Below, piece by piece: positions 1 to 11,279 of a DNA stretch of 64,000 nucleotides. Location of the stretch: the IMG/VR virus record IMGVR_UViG_3300026479_000008. One strand, written 5' to 3'. The notes below the pieces were generated by a model, which had not been told where the DNA came from, searched no databases, and worked only from the letters and a program-made list of their open reading frames with translations. Both the position numbers and the translations under genes were made by a program. This DNA is from an uncultured virus (IMG/VR IMGVR_UViG_3300026479_000008) (Duplodnaviria > Heunggongvirae > Uroviricota > Caudoviricetes). The first letter of the stretch is position 1. The number at the start of each line of letters is the position of its first letter.

Positions 1-3000
1 TGGACGAGCATCGAAATCGTATAATCTAGATGAACTAAAATCATTATATCCACTGAAGAATCTTCTTCTATTCCACCACCAGTTTCCGGAACCAAGGGAG
101 TTTCTATAATTACTCAGCATCACTTTGTTGATACTATTTTTATTTGTTCCAACTGCTCTATATTTAGCGTAAACTTCTACATCGAAGCTAAATTCAGTTT
201 TATAAGAATCTATGATGTCTAGCCCTATTTTCTTTGAATATGTTAAATTGGTAAATGCATTTCCATATATTCCAGCAACTCTACCTTTACCGGTTTCACT
301 CTCTCCAAAATAATCTGTCATTCTATATTGGAATACCATATCAACTGACACTGCATTTTGACTTCCACCTTCAATTAATTTTTTACCATACTTGTTAGGT
401 CCATCTACCGATAGACTAGTTTGGTTTATAGGTGAAAGGTATAAGAAAGAACCACATGAAAGACCACCTAATAAAAATTGATCATCTTCCGTAAATGAGT
501 TTTTTAAAGACTTTTTACCAATTACATTACCTTGTTCATCTATTGGTCCAGATTCACCGTCACTTCTAAATGTAATTGTCAGCGGTTGATATGCTGTTTG
601 AATTTTTCCATTCTTATCGTTAGATCTTTTAATAGCATATTTCGGCATCGATACAATTCCCGTTGAAACTATATCCTTTGTATTTAAACCTATGTCAGAC
701 TGAAGTAGCGGGTGTGATTTATGAAGAAAAAGACCTGAATCATACTTAGCAGCCGTTATTTGAGAAACAGAAACTGTATCAGCTGAGTTCGGAAGAATAG
801 CTTCAGGAACGTTCGGATCAGATTGGAATCCGTTTTCATCTTCATTCTGCACACCCTGTCCATTATTATTCCATGTTCCATTCCATATAAAATCACCAGC
901 TCCGTTTAAATTACTAGGTAAATCTTGATGTGGTTGTATTTTAAAGTCTGTAAAATCTCTTAAATGAGTTCTATCAGAAATTGATCCAATTCCAGAATTC
1001 GTGACTGTTGCAAATGTTAATCCATATTCTGCGCTACTTACTCCTGTTAAGTTTGAATCCCTAGACAAGTCAGTATCAGGATCTATAATCGAATAAAGAT
1101 CAGCGTTATTAGCTATATTTCTAAATCTAGAATAAATAAACTGTCCATTTAATTGAGATGATTGGTCTGGCGCAACAGAAAAATGATTGTATGAATTTCC
1201 ATCACCTGTAAGATTTTGATAAACAACAGGGACTAAATCATACTGAGCCTCTGTCATATAATATGTATCATTTGCTATTTTAACATCAGGTGTTGTAGTT
1301 CCAGTTGGTTGTTTATTACCAGTTTCTAAATTAATAATACCTAGGCCATATTCTTGTTGTGATGAAGAAACATAAGCAGGTTGTTTAAGATTTCCATTAA
1401 TTCTTGCACATAATTCTAGATCAGATGCCTTAGTATTATGAAGTTCTACTCTATAATTTTTAGTAACAATATATCCTTTAGTTTCATCATCTGGTTTTTC
1501 ATCTACATAATATCCTGCGAATATTTTAGCAGTTGAATTATTTTTAACTAGCGTTACTTCACCTTCTTCGTCAATAATTTTAATTTGTAATTCTCCAACG
1601 GCACCTTCAACCTTAGCTTGTAGTCTTTCTAATTGATTCTGTAATTCCAATAATTTATCATATACGCTAATAGGATTCTGTTCTCCTGTTAAAAAACCAG
1701 ATGCTAGTGATTCTGCGGCATGGGCATAATAAGTATCTCCTGCCGTAAATCCACTATCAAGGTGTGTAAATAATCCTTGTGATTCTAAATCATCATTTAT
1801 TTCAACCTTAACATTATCTAAATCATTTTGGTTTACTAGGCTATTTGCTCCGTCTGTAGATATTTCTCCTTCAGGAAAAGGAATAGTAATAATATCTGAC
1901 CATTCTGACTCTACTGGGGTTTGTGGGAAACCTGCTTCAGAAACAGATTTAATCATCATTTCTATTTTTTCACCAGGCTGAATAGATAAATCTATTGAGT
2001 TAAAATTAATAGCCTGTGAATCTTCTTCAGATTCTAGAATCCATCTATATCCACCATCTGCTTGCTTTTCTCTTTTTCTAATAGGACCTTTAACTTCGAC
2101 CCAGTTTGAAAATGCAGCAGTTTTTTTATTAAATTTGATTTGCTCTATTACAGATGTTTTACCCGTTGAGGAAACGTATCTATATCTAGCAATAAACTGA
2201 ACTACTTCTTGTGAAATTTCATCACCAACTTTCTTTGGCTCCGGAATAGACCAAAAGCCTCTTACCCTATATTTAGGATTAACTTTAGGTAATTCATTTG
2301 ATTCAGCAATCGCTTTAATCTGTCCAACGCTTGAAGAGAATACTTTAGTTTCAGCAGCCTTTTCTCTAATGATAGAAGCTAATTCATTTTTCTCTCTATT
2401 TCTTTCTATTTTAGATGAGAACTTTTTAGTAGCAATTAATTTTCTTTTCTTTCTAATTGTAGTGTCAAGCTTTTTAATAACTTCTTTAGCTTTAACTTTA
2501 TCAGATTTGATCTTTTTTACTTGTTCAACGCTAGCGTTTTGAGTAAGGTGTTTATTAATTTGTGTTACTTTAAAGTTATCTACTTCTACGATTGGTGCAT
2601 CTGGGATAAGACCTTCTGATGCAGGTGGAATGTAATCAACCTTAAGTGCTTTAATAAATTGACCAAAATCAGCAACTTCTTCTTTATAGTATTTAGCAAG
2701 TGTAGTAACTATACCATCTTCATTTTGAATAGTAAGTTCATTCGAAAAGAATGCAACACCTGGTGAGAAATCAGTAGCTGGTAGTTTAGAGATAGGATCT
2801 ATTGGTTTAACAAAAACTACTTGTCTTTCATTAAATCCAACTTTAACTTCTATAGAAACAGAAGCATCAATATCTTTATAAATAGCGAGAGCATTCGCTC
2901 CTATTTTAATCGGTGAATAACCTTCTAAAAGTGACAATTCAACTTGTGTTGTTGAAGAATCAATAGAGGTTACTCTATATCTTGTGTTATATTCAGACGT

Positions 3001-3807
3001 GTTTACTACCAATGAATCTCCAATTTTTAGAGTTTCAGTATCTTTCATGTCTTTATTAGAGTCCGAATATGTTAATTTATTTAGAGTATATACTTTTACG
3101 GTTTTAGTTTGACTAGTCCCGTCTATTAGAGATGTTTTCTGAACATTTTCTACTTTTAATACGTCTAACTGGCCATTATACTGAATAGATCTTACTGGCA
3201 TATCTACCGTCTCTGCATCTATTCTATATTTTAAACCATCTTCTTTTATTTTAGAAATAAATTTAGAATAATTGACATCATTCTGACCTTTAAAAATTTC
3301 ATCAAAGGATTCAGTGGAAGACAAGTCTTCATGATCAAATATAACTCTTTCAGTATAAACTCTTTCAGTATCTACTGGAATTTGTCCTTTAACATCTAAA
3401 CTAATAGTTAATAAAGGATTTAAGAAATCTTCAAAGAAATCGTTTAGTTGTGTATTAAATTCTTTTGGAGTTGCTAACGACTTTATAGGTAAAGAAGGAC
3501 CTTTTAATTTAGAAGTATGTATTCTTCTATAAGAACCATCTTTAAGTTTTACATTTGCACTGGAAGTATCTAAACCACTAATCGCAGTTATGTTCTTATC
3601 AATTCTTTCAATTTCTCTTTTCAAAAATCCAAATGCTGGAATTTGAATTGCAGTCATTTCTCCTGTGCGATTATCGAATAAATCTATTGTAACCGTTTCT
3701 TTATCGGTTGAAATAGCCTCATTGATACGTTCGAAAGTTTCTAGTGAATTAGTGTTTAATTCTAGAAACTGTTCGAGTAAATGTGATATAGAATTGCTAG
3801 CGCTCAT
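1..3807 (-). CDS. Large putative virion structural protein, partial (about 1269 aa in window, runs off the left edge)
   Basis: ATG at 3807 just after the stop of the upstream gene; reads MSASNSISHLLEQFLELNTNSLETFERINEAISTDKETVTIDLFDNRTG. Frame appears open towards base 1, which would explain its absence from the ORF track (no stop in window). Follows baseplate genes. Confidence 0.8.
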   Translation of the reverse strand, partial: MSASNSISHLLEQFLELNTNSLETFERINEAISTDKETVTIDLFDNRTGEMTAIQIPAFGFLKREIERIDKNITAISGLDTSSANVKLKDGSYRRIHTSKLKGPSLPIKSLATPKEFNTQLNDFFEDFLNPLLTISLDVKGQIPVDTERVYTERVIFDHEDLSSTESFDEIFKGQNDVNYSKFISKIKEDGLKYRIDAETVDMPVRSIQYNGQLDVLKVENVQKTSLIDGTSQTKTVKVYTLNKLTYSDSNKDMKDTETLKIGDSLVVNTSEYNTRYRVTSIDSSTTQVELSLLEGYSPIKIGANALAIYKDIDASVSIEVKVGFNERQVVFVKPIDPISKLPATDFSPGVAFFSNELTIQNEDGIVTTLAKYYKEEVADFGQFIKALKVDYIPPASEGLIPDAPIVEVDNFKVTQINKHLTQNASVEQVKKIKSDKVKAKEVIKKLDTTIRKKRKLIATKKFSSKIERNREKNELASIIREKAAETKVFSSSVGQIKAIAESNELPKVNPKYRVRGFWSIPEPKKVGDEISQEVVQFIARYRYVSSTGKTSVIEQIKFNKKTAAFSNWVEVKGPIRKREKQADGGYRWILESEEDSQAINFNSIDLSIQPGEKIEMMIKSVSEAGFPQTPVESEWSDIITIPFPEGEISTDGANSLVNQNDLDNVKVEINDDLESQGLFTHLDSGFTAGDTYYAHAAESLASGFLTGEQNPISVYDKLLELQNQLERLQAKVEGAVGELQIKIIDEEGEVTLVKNNSTAKIFAGYYVDEKPDDETKGYIVTKNYRVELHNTKASDLELCARINGNLKQPAYVSSSQQEYGLGIINLETGNKQPTGTTTPDVKIANDTYYMTEAQYDLVPVVYQNLTGDGNSYNHFSVAPDQSSQLNGQFIYSRFRNIANNADLYSIIDPDTDLSRDSNLTGVSSAEYGLTFATVTNSGIGSISDRTHLRDFTDFKIQPHQDLPSNLNGAGDFIWNGTWNNNGQGVQNEDENGFQSDPNVPEAILPNSADTVSVSQITAAKYDSGLFLHKSHPLLQSDIGLNTKDIVSTGIVSMPKYAIKRSNDKNGKIQTAYQPLTITFRSDGESGPIDEQGNVIGKKSLKNSFTEDDQFLLGGLSCGSFLYLSPINQTSLSVDGPNKYGKKLIEGGSQNAVSVDMVFQYRMTDYFGESETGKGRVAGIYGNAFTNLTYSKKIGLDIIDSYKTEFSFDVEVYAKYRAVGTNKNSINKVMLSNYRNSLGSGNWWWNRRRFFSGYNDFSSSRLYDFDARP

Positions 3808-3808
3808 A

Positions 3809-5794
3809 TTATCTTAAGATATCGTATTCAAACGTTTTATTTACTGGATCTACACATACTATTTCGATATATGGTTTATTAGATAATAAGTCCGATAAAG
3901 AAATAGAAAGTTTTTGCGACCATCCATTACTCTTATCAGTCCACAGTGTTATGTAATGTGTTGATAAGTTTTTTATTTTATTTTTAAAAGTTACTCTAAC
4001 TACTTGGCCTTTTTTCCAACTTGTTATTGTATCATCTAAGTATATATTTAGATTAGAATCAAAGTCCTGTGCCTGATCTGTATAGACCATAACTAAGTTG
4101 TCAAATTCTTTAAGTCTTTGCCATACCGCCTTTGTTCCAGCTTCATCTGGTAAAAACATAGAATCAGCAGATAATTCTCTTTCATTAGTAGAAGTTACAG
4201 TATCATATACATAAGCTTGTCCTAAAGAATAGCCATAATTAACACAACTGATTTTAACTTTACCATTGTTTGATTTATCAATAGACACTCCTGGGTTACC
4301 TGACTCTAAAACATCTGTATTATATTGTATCTCTGTTGGAATTACACCAGAAATAACCTGATTTAATCTAGAGTTGGTATTTGTTATTAGATCTAAAAGA
4401 CTTCTTTCATCTTGAAAATTAATAGTAGCATTTTCAACATCCTGTTCTATATGGTCTAGTCTCTTAGATATTCCTTGTAAGTTTTCAGAACTTAAAAAGA
4501 AACTTTCTAACATTTCAACTTTCTTAGAAATATCATTGTATCTAGTATTAGCATCTCTTAATAATTGAACCGCGTTTTCTAAGGCACTTGTTGTGTCTAA
4601 GAAAATGTCCATTGAGAAAGTAGAATAATCATTAACATTCTTTTCTATCCCAACATTATCTAGCGCTGAATTAAATTTAAGATTTAATTTAAGTGCAAAT
4701 GCATTACCATTAAGACCGGTAACTTCATTCGGCTTATACTTAGTTAATTCTGGAATATACCATCCATCATTTGAAGTATCTTCTTTCCAGTTATCTAATA
4801 ATATTATACCGTATAGGTTTGTTGCTTTATTTCCAATGTTAGACTTTGAATATATGTCATAATACACTAGGATAGCATTGAATCTAAAATCTCCACCTCT
4901 TTTAGAATAATCTAATATTGAATCTAATTTAGGATCATTTATTATTTTAGAGTAGGCGCTTGAATTAAAATCAATTCCAAATGTTGGAACTTCATTTTCG
5001 TCAGTATTATAAGTTCCGTCAGCTTGATCAGCATAAGATTCTACATTTAAAAAAGGATCTGGGTGAGTATCATCATTTGTTCTTCCTTCAATTTCAGCAC
5101 CAGGTACAAACTTAATATTATTAGTATTAAACTTAGATGTTTCTAATAAAACTTCAGGAGTATATCCTACAGAAGAAGGAACGTTAACAAATATTTCGTT
5201 GTACTGTTGCCCTTTATAATTTTTATCGTTAGTTACATCAATATTTCCAATGTATTTTATAACTTGACTATATTCAGAACCGGCTTGAGTAGAATCATCT
5301 AGCTCTATCATTCTAGAATATCCTGTTGAAACTTCTTGTGAAGTTGCAGTTCTTACTCTTATCGCATTGATGTGATATAAGTATTTAAAGAATATTTTTT
5401 CAGCATCACTTTGAAATAAAACATCATCAAAATCATCATTAACCTCTGGGTTAAGAAGCATGTTCTCTAAATTAAGAGCATAACTTTGAAAAGTTTGTGC
5501 AAAATGTACGTTACCATTACCATCATGTAACGAATCATTATAAGAACTAGCATTAGAACCGCCACCTCCTTCAAATAGTCTATCATACTTGATATAATTA
5601 GGACCCTCTGATAGATCAGTCGGATCACTTTGAATAAAATCAGCATATACTGGCAAGTCTAGTAATGCAAATTTAGAAAATTCAAAGTTAATATCCGGAT
5701 TATAATAAGCGCGTGTCAAATCCCTTGCTGCATTAGCAAATGCATACATCGTACCTCCTTGTTCTTGTGGAATCCTTATTAATGGTGTAGCCAT
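3809..5794 (-). CDS. Putative virion/baseplate structural protein (661 aa)
   Basis: Long ORF in the structural operon with a central coiled coil; no enzyme motif recognised. Confidence 0.6.
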   Translation of the reverse strand: MATPLIRIPQEQGGTMYAFANAARDLTRAYYNPDINFEFSKFALLDLPVYADFIQSDPTDLSEGPNYIKYDRLFEGGGGSNASSYNDSLHDGNGNVHFAQTFQSYALNLENMLLNPEVNDDFDDVLFQSDAEKIFFKYLYHINAIRVRTATSQEVSTGYSRMIELDDSTQAGSEYSQVIKYIGNIDVTNDKNYKGQQYNEIFVNVPSSVGYTPEVLLETSKFNTNNIKFVPGAEIEGRTNDDTHPDPFLNVESYADQADGTYNTDENEVPTFGIDFNSSAYSKIINDPKLDSILDYSKRGGDFRFNAILVYYDIYSKSNIGNKATNLYGIILLDNWKEDTSNDGWYIPELTKYKPNEVTGLNGNAFALKLNLKFNSALDNVGIEKNVNDYSTFSMDIFLDTTSALENAVQLLRDANTRYNDISKKVEMLESFFLSSENLQGISKRLDHIEQDVENATINFQDERSLLDLITNTNSRLNQVISGVIPTEIQYNTDVLESGNPGVSIDKSNNGKVKISCVNYGYSLGQAYVYDTVTSTNERELSADSMFLPDEAGTKAVWQRLKEFDNLVMVYTDQAQDFDSNLNIYLDDTITSWKKGQVVRVTFKNKIKNLSTHYITLWTDKSNGWSQKLSISLSDLLSNKPYIEIVCVDPVNKTFEYDILR

Positions 5795-5818
5795 CTAATT
5801 AACTGTTTTATTTTTATA

Positions 5819-6379
5819 TTATGAAATTGTGGCTTTATGTGAACCTGTAATCCACCAAGTGCCGTCCGTACTTCCTATAAAACTGATACTACCGTTCTGT
5901 AAAACATCTATTGAGGTATCAGCGCCATTTATATTGTCTAAACCTGTACCTTGCATTTGAAATGCAGTCGATGCAATAATAGTTAAAATTTGTCCATCTG
6001 CTGAAGGTCCTAATTCTACATCAGCTGAACCAGTGTAAATATAAGCTCCTAGTGTAGGAGTAACTGTTCCTGCTGGAAAAGTAGCAGTAGGAGCCACTGT
6101 AAACTGGAGTGCTTTTTCTAAAATTACATTTTCTTTAAACGTAGCTTCAACGCCTGCCTCTAATGAAGATGCAGTTACGTTAAAAGTATTTAAAGTACCT
6201 GTGTTTAAGGACAGTGTGCCTGCCGTAATAGCTCCAGTTAAAGATAACGTAGAACTTGTCGTGTCTAGAACATTTGCGATTAATCCTAATTCTTCATTTA
6301 CGTTATCAAAATTATTATTGATAGTAAGTCTCGAAGAAGAAAGAGAATGCGTTCCTAAAATTGTTGTAATACTTGCCAT
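5819..6379 (-). CDS. Putative baseplate/fibre-attachment structural protein
   Basis: N-terminal SRLTINNNF motif typical of phage baseplate/fibre proteins; T/S/G-rich beta composition. Confidence 0.5.
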   Translation of the reverse strand: MASITTILGTHSLSSSRLTINNNFDNVNEELGLIANVLDTTSSTLSLTGAITAGTLSLNTGTLNTFNVTASSLEAGVEATFKENVILEKALQFTVAPTATFPAGTVTPTLGAYIYTGSADVELGPSADGQILTIIASTAFQMQGTGLDNINGADTSIDVLQNGSISFIGSTDGTWWITGSHKATIS

Positions 6380-6380
6380 T

Positions 6381-9170
6381 TTATTTAATTGTTAAGATGT
6401 TTTTTCTTGTTATGTTTTTATTTCCGTTCAAATCAGTTAATTCAAGCTCAATACTGTACTCTCCCTTAGTGTCAAATAAGTATGTCAGCCACTGATTATC
6501 ATAATATATATCTTCTTTTTTTACACTATTATTTATCAATCTCCATTTCTGTTTTATTATGCCCGGCATTTTAGTCAGGTCATATGAAAATGTCATGTGA
6601 TTTAATAGATTAATAGTACCGTGATCGTCTATTATATAAGAATCATTGAAGCTAGGATTGTATGCTTGGTATTTAACAAAACTATCTGGATCTATGATTC
6701 CAGTGCTAGTCGTAGCATTGTAAAAATCATATACTTGATTGGGTTGTTTAGAAACTACGAGCATATAATTACATACATCTGCTCCATCAAAATTATTTAC
6801 TATATTTCCATCAGTATCTTTATATATCGGATTCCAATTGAATTTAGTAAAAATAGGCCATTGGTTAGGATTCAAATTATTCAATTCATCCTTTAAGCTT
6901 TCCCAAGCCGCAAAATCAGTATTAGACGTAGGATATGTTGCAACAGGTGTATATTCTTCTATTATTTCTAAATCTGTAAAAGGATCTAATTGTGAAACAG
7001 AAATAGTTCCATTATTAGCGCCGTTTAATTCTAATTTAAAAGAAGAATTTAAATCTGGTCCAACCCTAGTTTGATCCCAGCATATTTCGGGACCATCATT
7101 CCATACATGTTTTCTTAATGATTTCCATTGATAAGGCCCTGTCGTTTCATTAAATCCAGTTGGAGTTGTAGAATCTGCAAATCTTCTTACCATTGAGAAT
7201 TCTTTACCATCTTCATCTTCGTGTAAATAATTAGCTCTATCGAGAGTTAGATAATATGTAGCAATACTTTCTTCAACAGTGTTTAGGTTTTCTCTACCCC
7301 ATTCCCATGAAGAACCTGCTTCATCCCATTGATATTTATAATTAGCCCAATCTAATTCAGGCGTGAGTTTCTGATACATTCCATATACTTCAACATTCTT
7401 AGATTTAACTGTTATCTTTTCATTGTGACTAATACTTCTTATGTTATATAAATCCCAAAAAGCAACATCAATAGTGTACTCACCGATGTATGGAAGTATT
7501 ATTGGTAGTGTATACCAATTGTCAATAGATCCTCTGATAGTTTTAAAGTAGCCTCTAGGACCTTTAATTATCCATTCAATTTCATATACACTTCTTTTCC
7601 ACCAATCATCCCATGTTAAATAAGGATCTTGTAAAGTGGTATATGGAGGTTGTCCGGGTGGAGAATGTAAAATATTAGCATCATCGTCAGTATCGTTTGC
7701 ATCTATGAAAGTAAAGTCTGCATCATCCCATGTATCTTTAAGTGAAGTTCCAGTTAAAATAATAGGAGCTCCTATTGGAATTCCTGCAATGGTATTATGT
7801 GAAGACATATCTTCATCGTGCCAATCTGTATAGAAAGATCTAATAGAATCTTCTAATTCATTTCTTTCTGTTTTATTAAAAACTTCTATCTTTTGATTAC
7901 GACCTTCTAGTCTATAATCTACTTTCCTAAGATCTTCTATATAAATTGATTTAGCATCTGGAAATATATCATAATGTACGTCTTGTCCAGCATACTGTGC
8001 GTGTATTTGGTGTTGATTATTCCAAACTCTCTGATTTACTCCGTCAAAGTAATCACCCTCTGCTGTGATATCTACGATCTTTGCGTTAAGCGGTAAATAT
8101 TCTTTCTGTAGTTTACGCTTTAAAGCATATAATTTTATTAAGATTTCATCCGGCGAAAAATCTGTAATTTCCTCTACTTCTGGTAAATCAAATTCATTTA
8201 ATTTTCCAGTAGGAACGTTTAATCGGTATGCTAATGAAAATCTAGAAGTTTTCTTTTGATTAGAATTAGGAAGGTTCTTATTTCTACTCTTTTTTGCTAA
8301 GAAACCTACTTCAGTTTGATTAGCAACAGGAACCACCATCATTTTTCCAAATCCTTCAGATTGTTCGTTTATGTTTAACCAATACTCTCTAAGACTTACA
8401 TTACTATATCCAAAGAAATCAATAACACCTAATAGGGCTTTATATGTTCCTATAAAGGGTTTAATAGTAGAAGCCTGTAATAAAAGTTCTTTTCTTTTTC
8501 TATTTAATAGTTTATAATCTACACCAAGGTCTTTAATATCAGAATCTCTAAATATCAAATAATCCATTTCGTCTAGATTTAATGCCATGTTAGTTAAAAG
8601 ACTTTTTAGTCTTTCATCTTCAGCAACTACTTCACCATAAACTTTAATTTCTGCAACCTTTACTTCATTACCATCTTCGGTCGCATATACATTTAATGTT
8701 CTAATATGAAAACCTTCTTTATCTGAACTTAATGCTATATTGGCGATGCATGCTTGTACATTCAATGCCGCTGCGTTTAAAGGAACTATTTTAAAACCAT
8801 CAGAGTCAATTGAAGTGTAGTGACTGTTGTCTCTCATTTTAGAAACCTGAGAAGAATCTACAACTACTTCGTAGTCTCCGTTCTTCATTGTTCCACTATA
8901 AAGAAAAATATCATTACTATCTCCATAGCCTGAAACAAATTCAAATCTTAAAGTATTAGTATTAGCATCGACTGATATAGGATGTACAAATCTTTGATTA
9001 TCTAATTCATCCCTTACTTCTTCTAGAACATATAAATTTATCGTTTCATATAGGCCTGTCGATATTTCAGGTAGAAATATAGTACCCGTAGAATATTCTA
9101 AAGTAGAATCATACGTTAAATTTAATTCGTTAGAACTATTATCAAAGAATCTAAGATTTTGATATGGCAT
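6381..9170 (-). CDS. Baseplate wedge protein (T4 gp7/P2 gpI-like segment), C-terminal PKD/Ig-like domain
   Basis: IKPFIGTYKALLGVIDFFGY resembles the tail-protein-I GT..al..l...G motif; C-terminal YLFDTKGEYSIELELTD is PKD-like; near the gp6-like gene. Confidence 0.55.
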   Translation of the reverse strand: MPYQNLRFFDNSSNELNLTYDSTLEYSTGTIFLPEISTGLYETINLYVLEEVRDELDNQRFVHPISVDANTNTLRFEFVSGYGDSNDIFLYSGTMKNGDYEVVVDSSQVSKMRDNSHYTSIDSDGFKIVPLNAAALNVQACIANIALSSDKEGFHIRTLNVYATEDGNEVKVAEIKVYGEVVAEDERLKSLLTNMALNLDEMDYLIFRDSDIKDLGVDYKLLNRKRKELLLQASTIKPFIGTYKALLGVIDFFGYSNVSLREYWLNINEQSEGFGKMMVVPVANQTEVGFLAKKSRNKNLPNSNQKKTSRFSLAYRLNVPTGKLNEFDLPEVEEITDFSPDEILIKLYALKRKLQKEYLPLNAKIVDITAEGDYFDGVNQRVWNNQHQIHAQYAGQDVHYDIFPDAKSIYIEDLRKVDYRLEGRNQKIEVFNKTERNELEDSIRSFYTDWHDEDMSSHNTIAGIPIGAPIILTGTSLKDTWDDADFTFIDANDTDDDANILHSPPGQPPYTTLQDPYLTWDDWWKRSVYEIEWIIKGPRGYFKTIRGSIDNWYTLPIILPYIGEYTIDVAFWDLYNIRSISHNEKITVKSKNVEVYGMYQKLTPELDWANYKYQWDEAGSSWEWGRENLNTVEESIATYYLTLDRANYLHEDEDGKEFSMVRRFADSTTPTGFNETTGPYQWKSLRKHVWNDGPEICWDQTRVGPDLNSSFKLELNGANNGTISVSQLDPFTDLEIIEEYTPVATYPTSNTDFAAWESLKDELNNLNPNQWPIFTKFNWNPIYKDTDGNIVNNFDGADVCNYMLVVSKQPNQVYDFYNATTSTGIIDPDSFVKYQAYNPSFNDSYIIDDHGTINLLNHMTFSYDLTKMPGIIKQKWRLINNSVKKEDIYYDNQWLTYLFDTKGEYSIELELTDLNGNKNITRKNILTIK

Positions 9171-9172
9171 TA

Positions 9173-9442
9173 TTATCTAATTTTTTTATCATCTTTTTTC
9201 ATGGTGTAAGATTTGTAAATTTTTAAATAGTTTACAGAATCTACCCAATCGGCGATTGTATCTTGAATAAGATTAACAAAGTCGTTCATTTGATTATTTC
9301 TCCAAATATGAGAAGAAATTGAGTTTTTCAAAATATTACTTCTATAATCATTACCTAAATTTTTTCTATCGTCAAATGCATTTTCCCTGATAGAATATAA
9401 TCTCTTTTTTCTACTTTTAAAAAGGTTACTAAAAATACTCAT
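9173..9442 (-). CDS. Hypothetical protein (89 aa)
   Basis: Translationally coupled ORF within the baseplate operon. Confidence 0.6.
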   Translation of the reverse strand: MSIFSNLFKSRKKRLYSIRENAFDDRKNLGNDYRSNILKNSISSHIWRNNQMNDFVNLIQDTIADWVDSVNYLKIYKSYTMKKDDKKIR

Positions 9443-11262
9443 TATATAGCTTTTCTATTTTTAGCCTGAACTTTAGCGAATATGCTATTTTTCACAGCTG
9501 GTTCATCAAAGTAAATTGAAAGAGCTGCTTTTTCTCCAGTCTTTACTGAATCATCCACCATGTTTCCATTTTGATCTAACCAGCCACCTCTAAATAATGC
9601 AACTTCTTCTTTTTCTAAAATTATATCTCCAAATGAATCTAAATTAATTACATTCTCTGGAAGAGGTGCATTGGGTTCAAAATTAATTTGCCTTTCAGTT
9701 ACTGTTCTTTTAAAGAAAACCATTTTTTGTTTTCCATTACCTATATCTTCTAAGATTGGGGTAGAAGGAGTTACCGTTACTGTTTTAGAAGTATAATATC
9801 CTAATCTTCTAGCCGTTTCTTCTTTTTCAGAAGTGAATTTAACGTTAACGGAATCAATACCTTCAATTGATTCAACAATAGCGACAATATCAGATTTTGG
9901 TAATCTATCTCTTCTTGTAATGTTAATTAGGTATTCTGCTATTTTAGATCTAATTTCAGTAGCAAGATTAGCCTTTGTATATCCTTCAAAGTATCTTACT
10001 TTAATATCCATTCTAAAATATTGTGGGGAAGGATCTACTATTTTAATTTCAGTTGTTACCATCTGTCTTCCTGATTTTTCTAATAATCCCATAATTCCTT
10101 CTTTTTCTATTTCAGTAAAAAAGAATTCAGAATTATCTAAGCTAAAATAATCTTTATTGTTTTGTAATTTTTTAAGAGTATTAGGCAACATGAACAGATA
10201 GATAACATTATCATCGTCTAAATATCCATCATCTGTAGTGTTATATGCATCTAAATAAGAAAACATACCATATCTTGAAAGAAAGTGCTCATAGTTATCA
10301 GGAGTTGCTAATACAAATGAATGTGACTGTAATGGGGCAATTAACTTTGTTAATTCAATATCTTCTGGATTTGCTCCCATTTTAGGTGCAACTGTAAATT
10401 CAGATTCTAATAATTCATTTAGATCATGCGTATTTCCTAATGAATCTGTTCCTTCAGTTTTGAATTCAAACGATAAATCAGCTCTACCGTTTAAATTACC
10501 CATAGCACCTCCTATTTTTAAATATTCGATTTCAATCGATGCACCTGTTGGAGGAATGTCACCAAATGAACCATTACCGAAATAAAGATCTAATCCACCT
10601 GTAATTCCTGTTTTTACTAAATAACCTTCAGTTCCCTTTTTCATATCATATAAAGAATCATATTTAGTCCATAAATTAGAATTAACCTTTACTCTAATCT
10701 GTCCATGGTCTATCATGCTTTTAGTTATTACATTAAAGGATTGAAAAGATTCTCCAGTTGAGGTTAATGTTTGAGATTCATATTCTCCCTGAATTACAGG
10801 AATATAAATATAATTTGCGTTTGATTTTTCTAATCTAAATTGATCATTACTTGTTCTCAGGGTGTATTTAAGACCGTTGTCTTTGCATTCTATAATAGCA
10901 TTGGATGGAATGTTTAAAGCATCACCAGCAATATCATCTAAACCCTGCACTCCTAATCTAAGCTTTAATTCACCTGAAGCGGCAGCTCCTCTAAATGAAT
11001 CATGTCCTGCTAATCTTGAGAGTCCATATATTGATTCTGGGTTTTGAGCTGTAAGAATATTTTGCTCTACTGTAGAATCTTCAATGTAGAAGAATATTAA
11101 TCTTCCTATTTCTGAAATAACGTCTAGGATTTGTGAAAACGGAGAGGCTGTTGTAAATGCACCTTCTACCTCGCCATATATCCTAGTAATATAGGATCTA
11201 ATGTCGTCAATCATTTCTCCAGCTTTTATTCTGGAAGTTGATAAAAATTTATTATCTGCCAT
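9442..11262 (-). CDS. Baseplate wedge protein (T4 gp6 / baseplate J-like)
   Basis: EQNILTAQNPESIYGLSRLAGH, LYFGNGSFGDIP, IEIEYLKIGGAMGN and LATPDNY are typical gp6/J motifs; follows the gp25-like gene. Confidence 0.85.
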   Translation of the reverse strand: MADNKFLSTSRIKAGEMIDDIRSYITRIYGEVEGAFTTASPFSQILDVISEIGRLIFFYIEDSTVEQNILTAQNPESIYGLSRLAGHDSFRGAAASGELKLRLGVQGLDDIAGDALNIPSNAIIECKDNGLKYTLRTSNDQFRLEKSNANYIYIPVIQGEYESQTLTSTGESFQSFNVITKSMIDHGQIRVKVNSNLWTKYDSLYDMKKGTEGYLVKTGITGGLDLYFGNGSFGDIPPTGASIEIEYLKIGGAMGNLNGRADLSFEFKTEGTDSLGNTHDLNELLESEFTVAPKMGANPEDIELTKLIAPLQSHSFVLATPDNYEHFLSRYGMFSYLDAYNTTDDGYLDDDNVIYLFMLPNTLKKLQNNKDYFSLDNSEFFFTEIEKEGIMGLLEKSGRQMVTTEIKIVDPSPQYFRMDIKVRYFEGYTKANLATEIRSKIAEYLINITRRDRLPKSDIVAIVESIEGIDSVNVKFTSEKEETARRLGYYTSKTVTVTPSTPILEDIGNGKQKMVFFKRTVTERQINFEPNAPLPENVINLDSFGDIILEKEEVALFRGGWLDQNGNMVDDSVKTGEKAALSIYFDEPAVKNSIFAKVQAKNRKAI

Positions 11263-11279
11263 TTTTATTTTTAGTTTTA

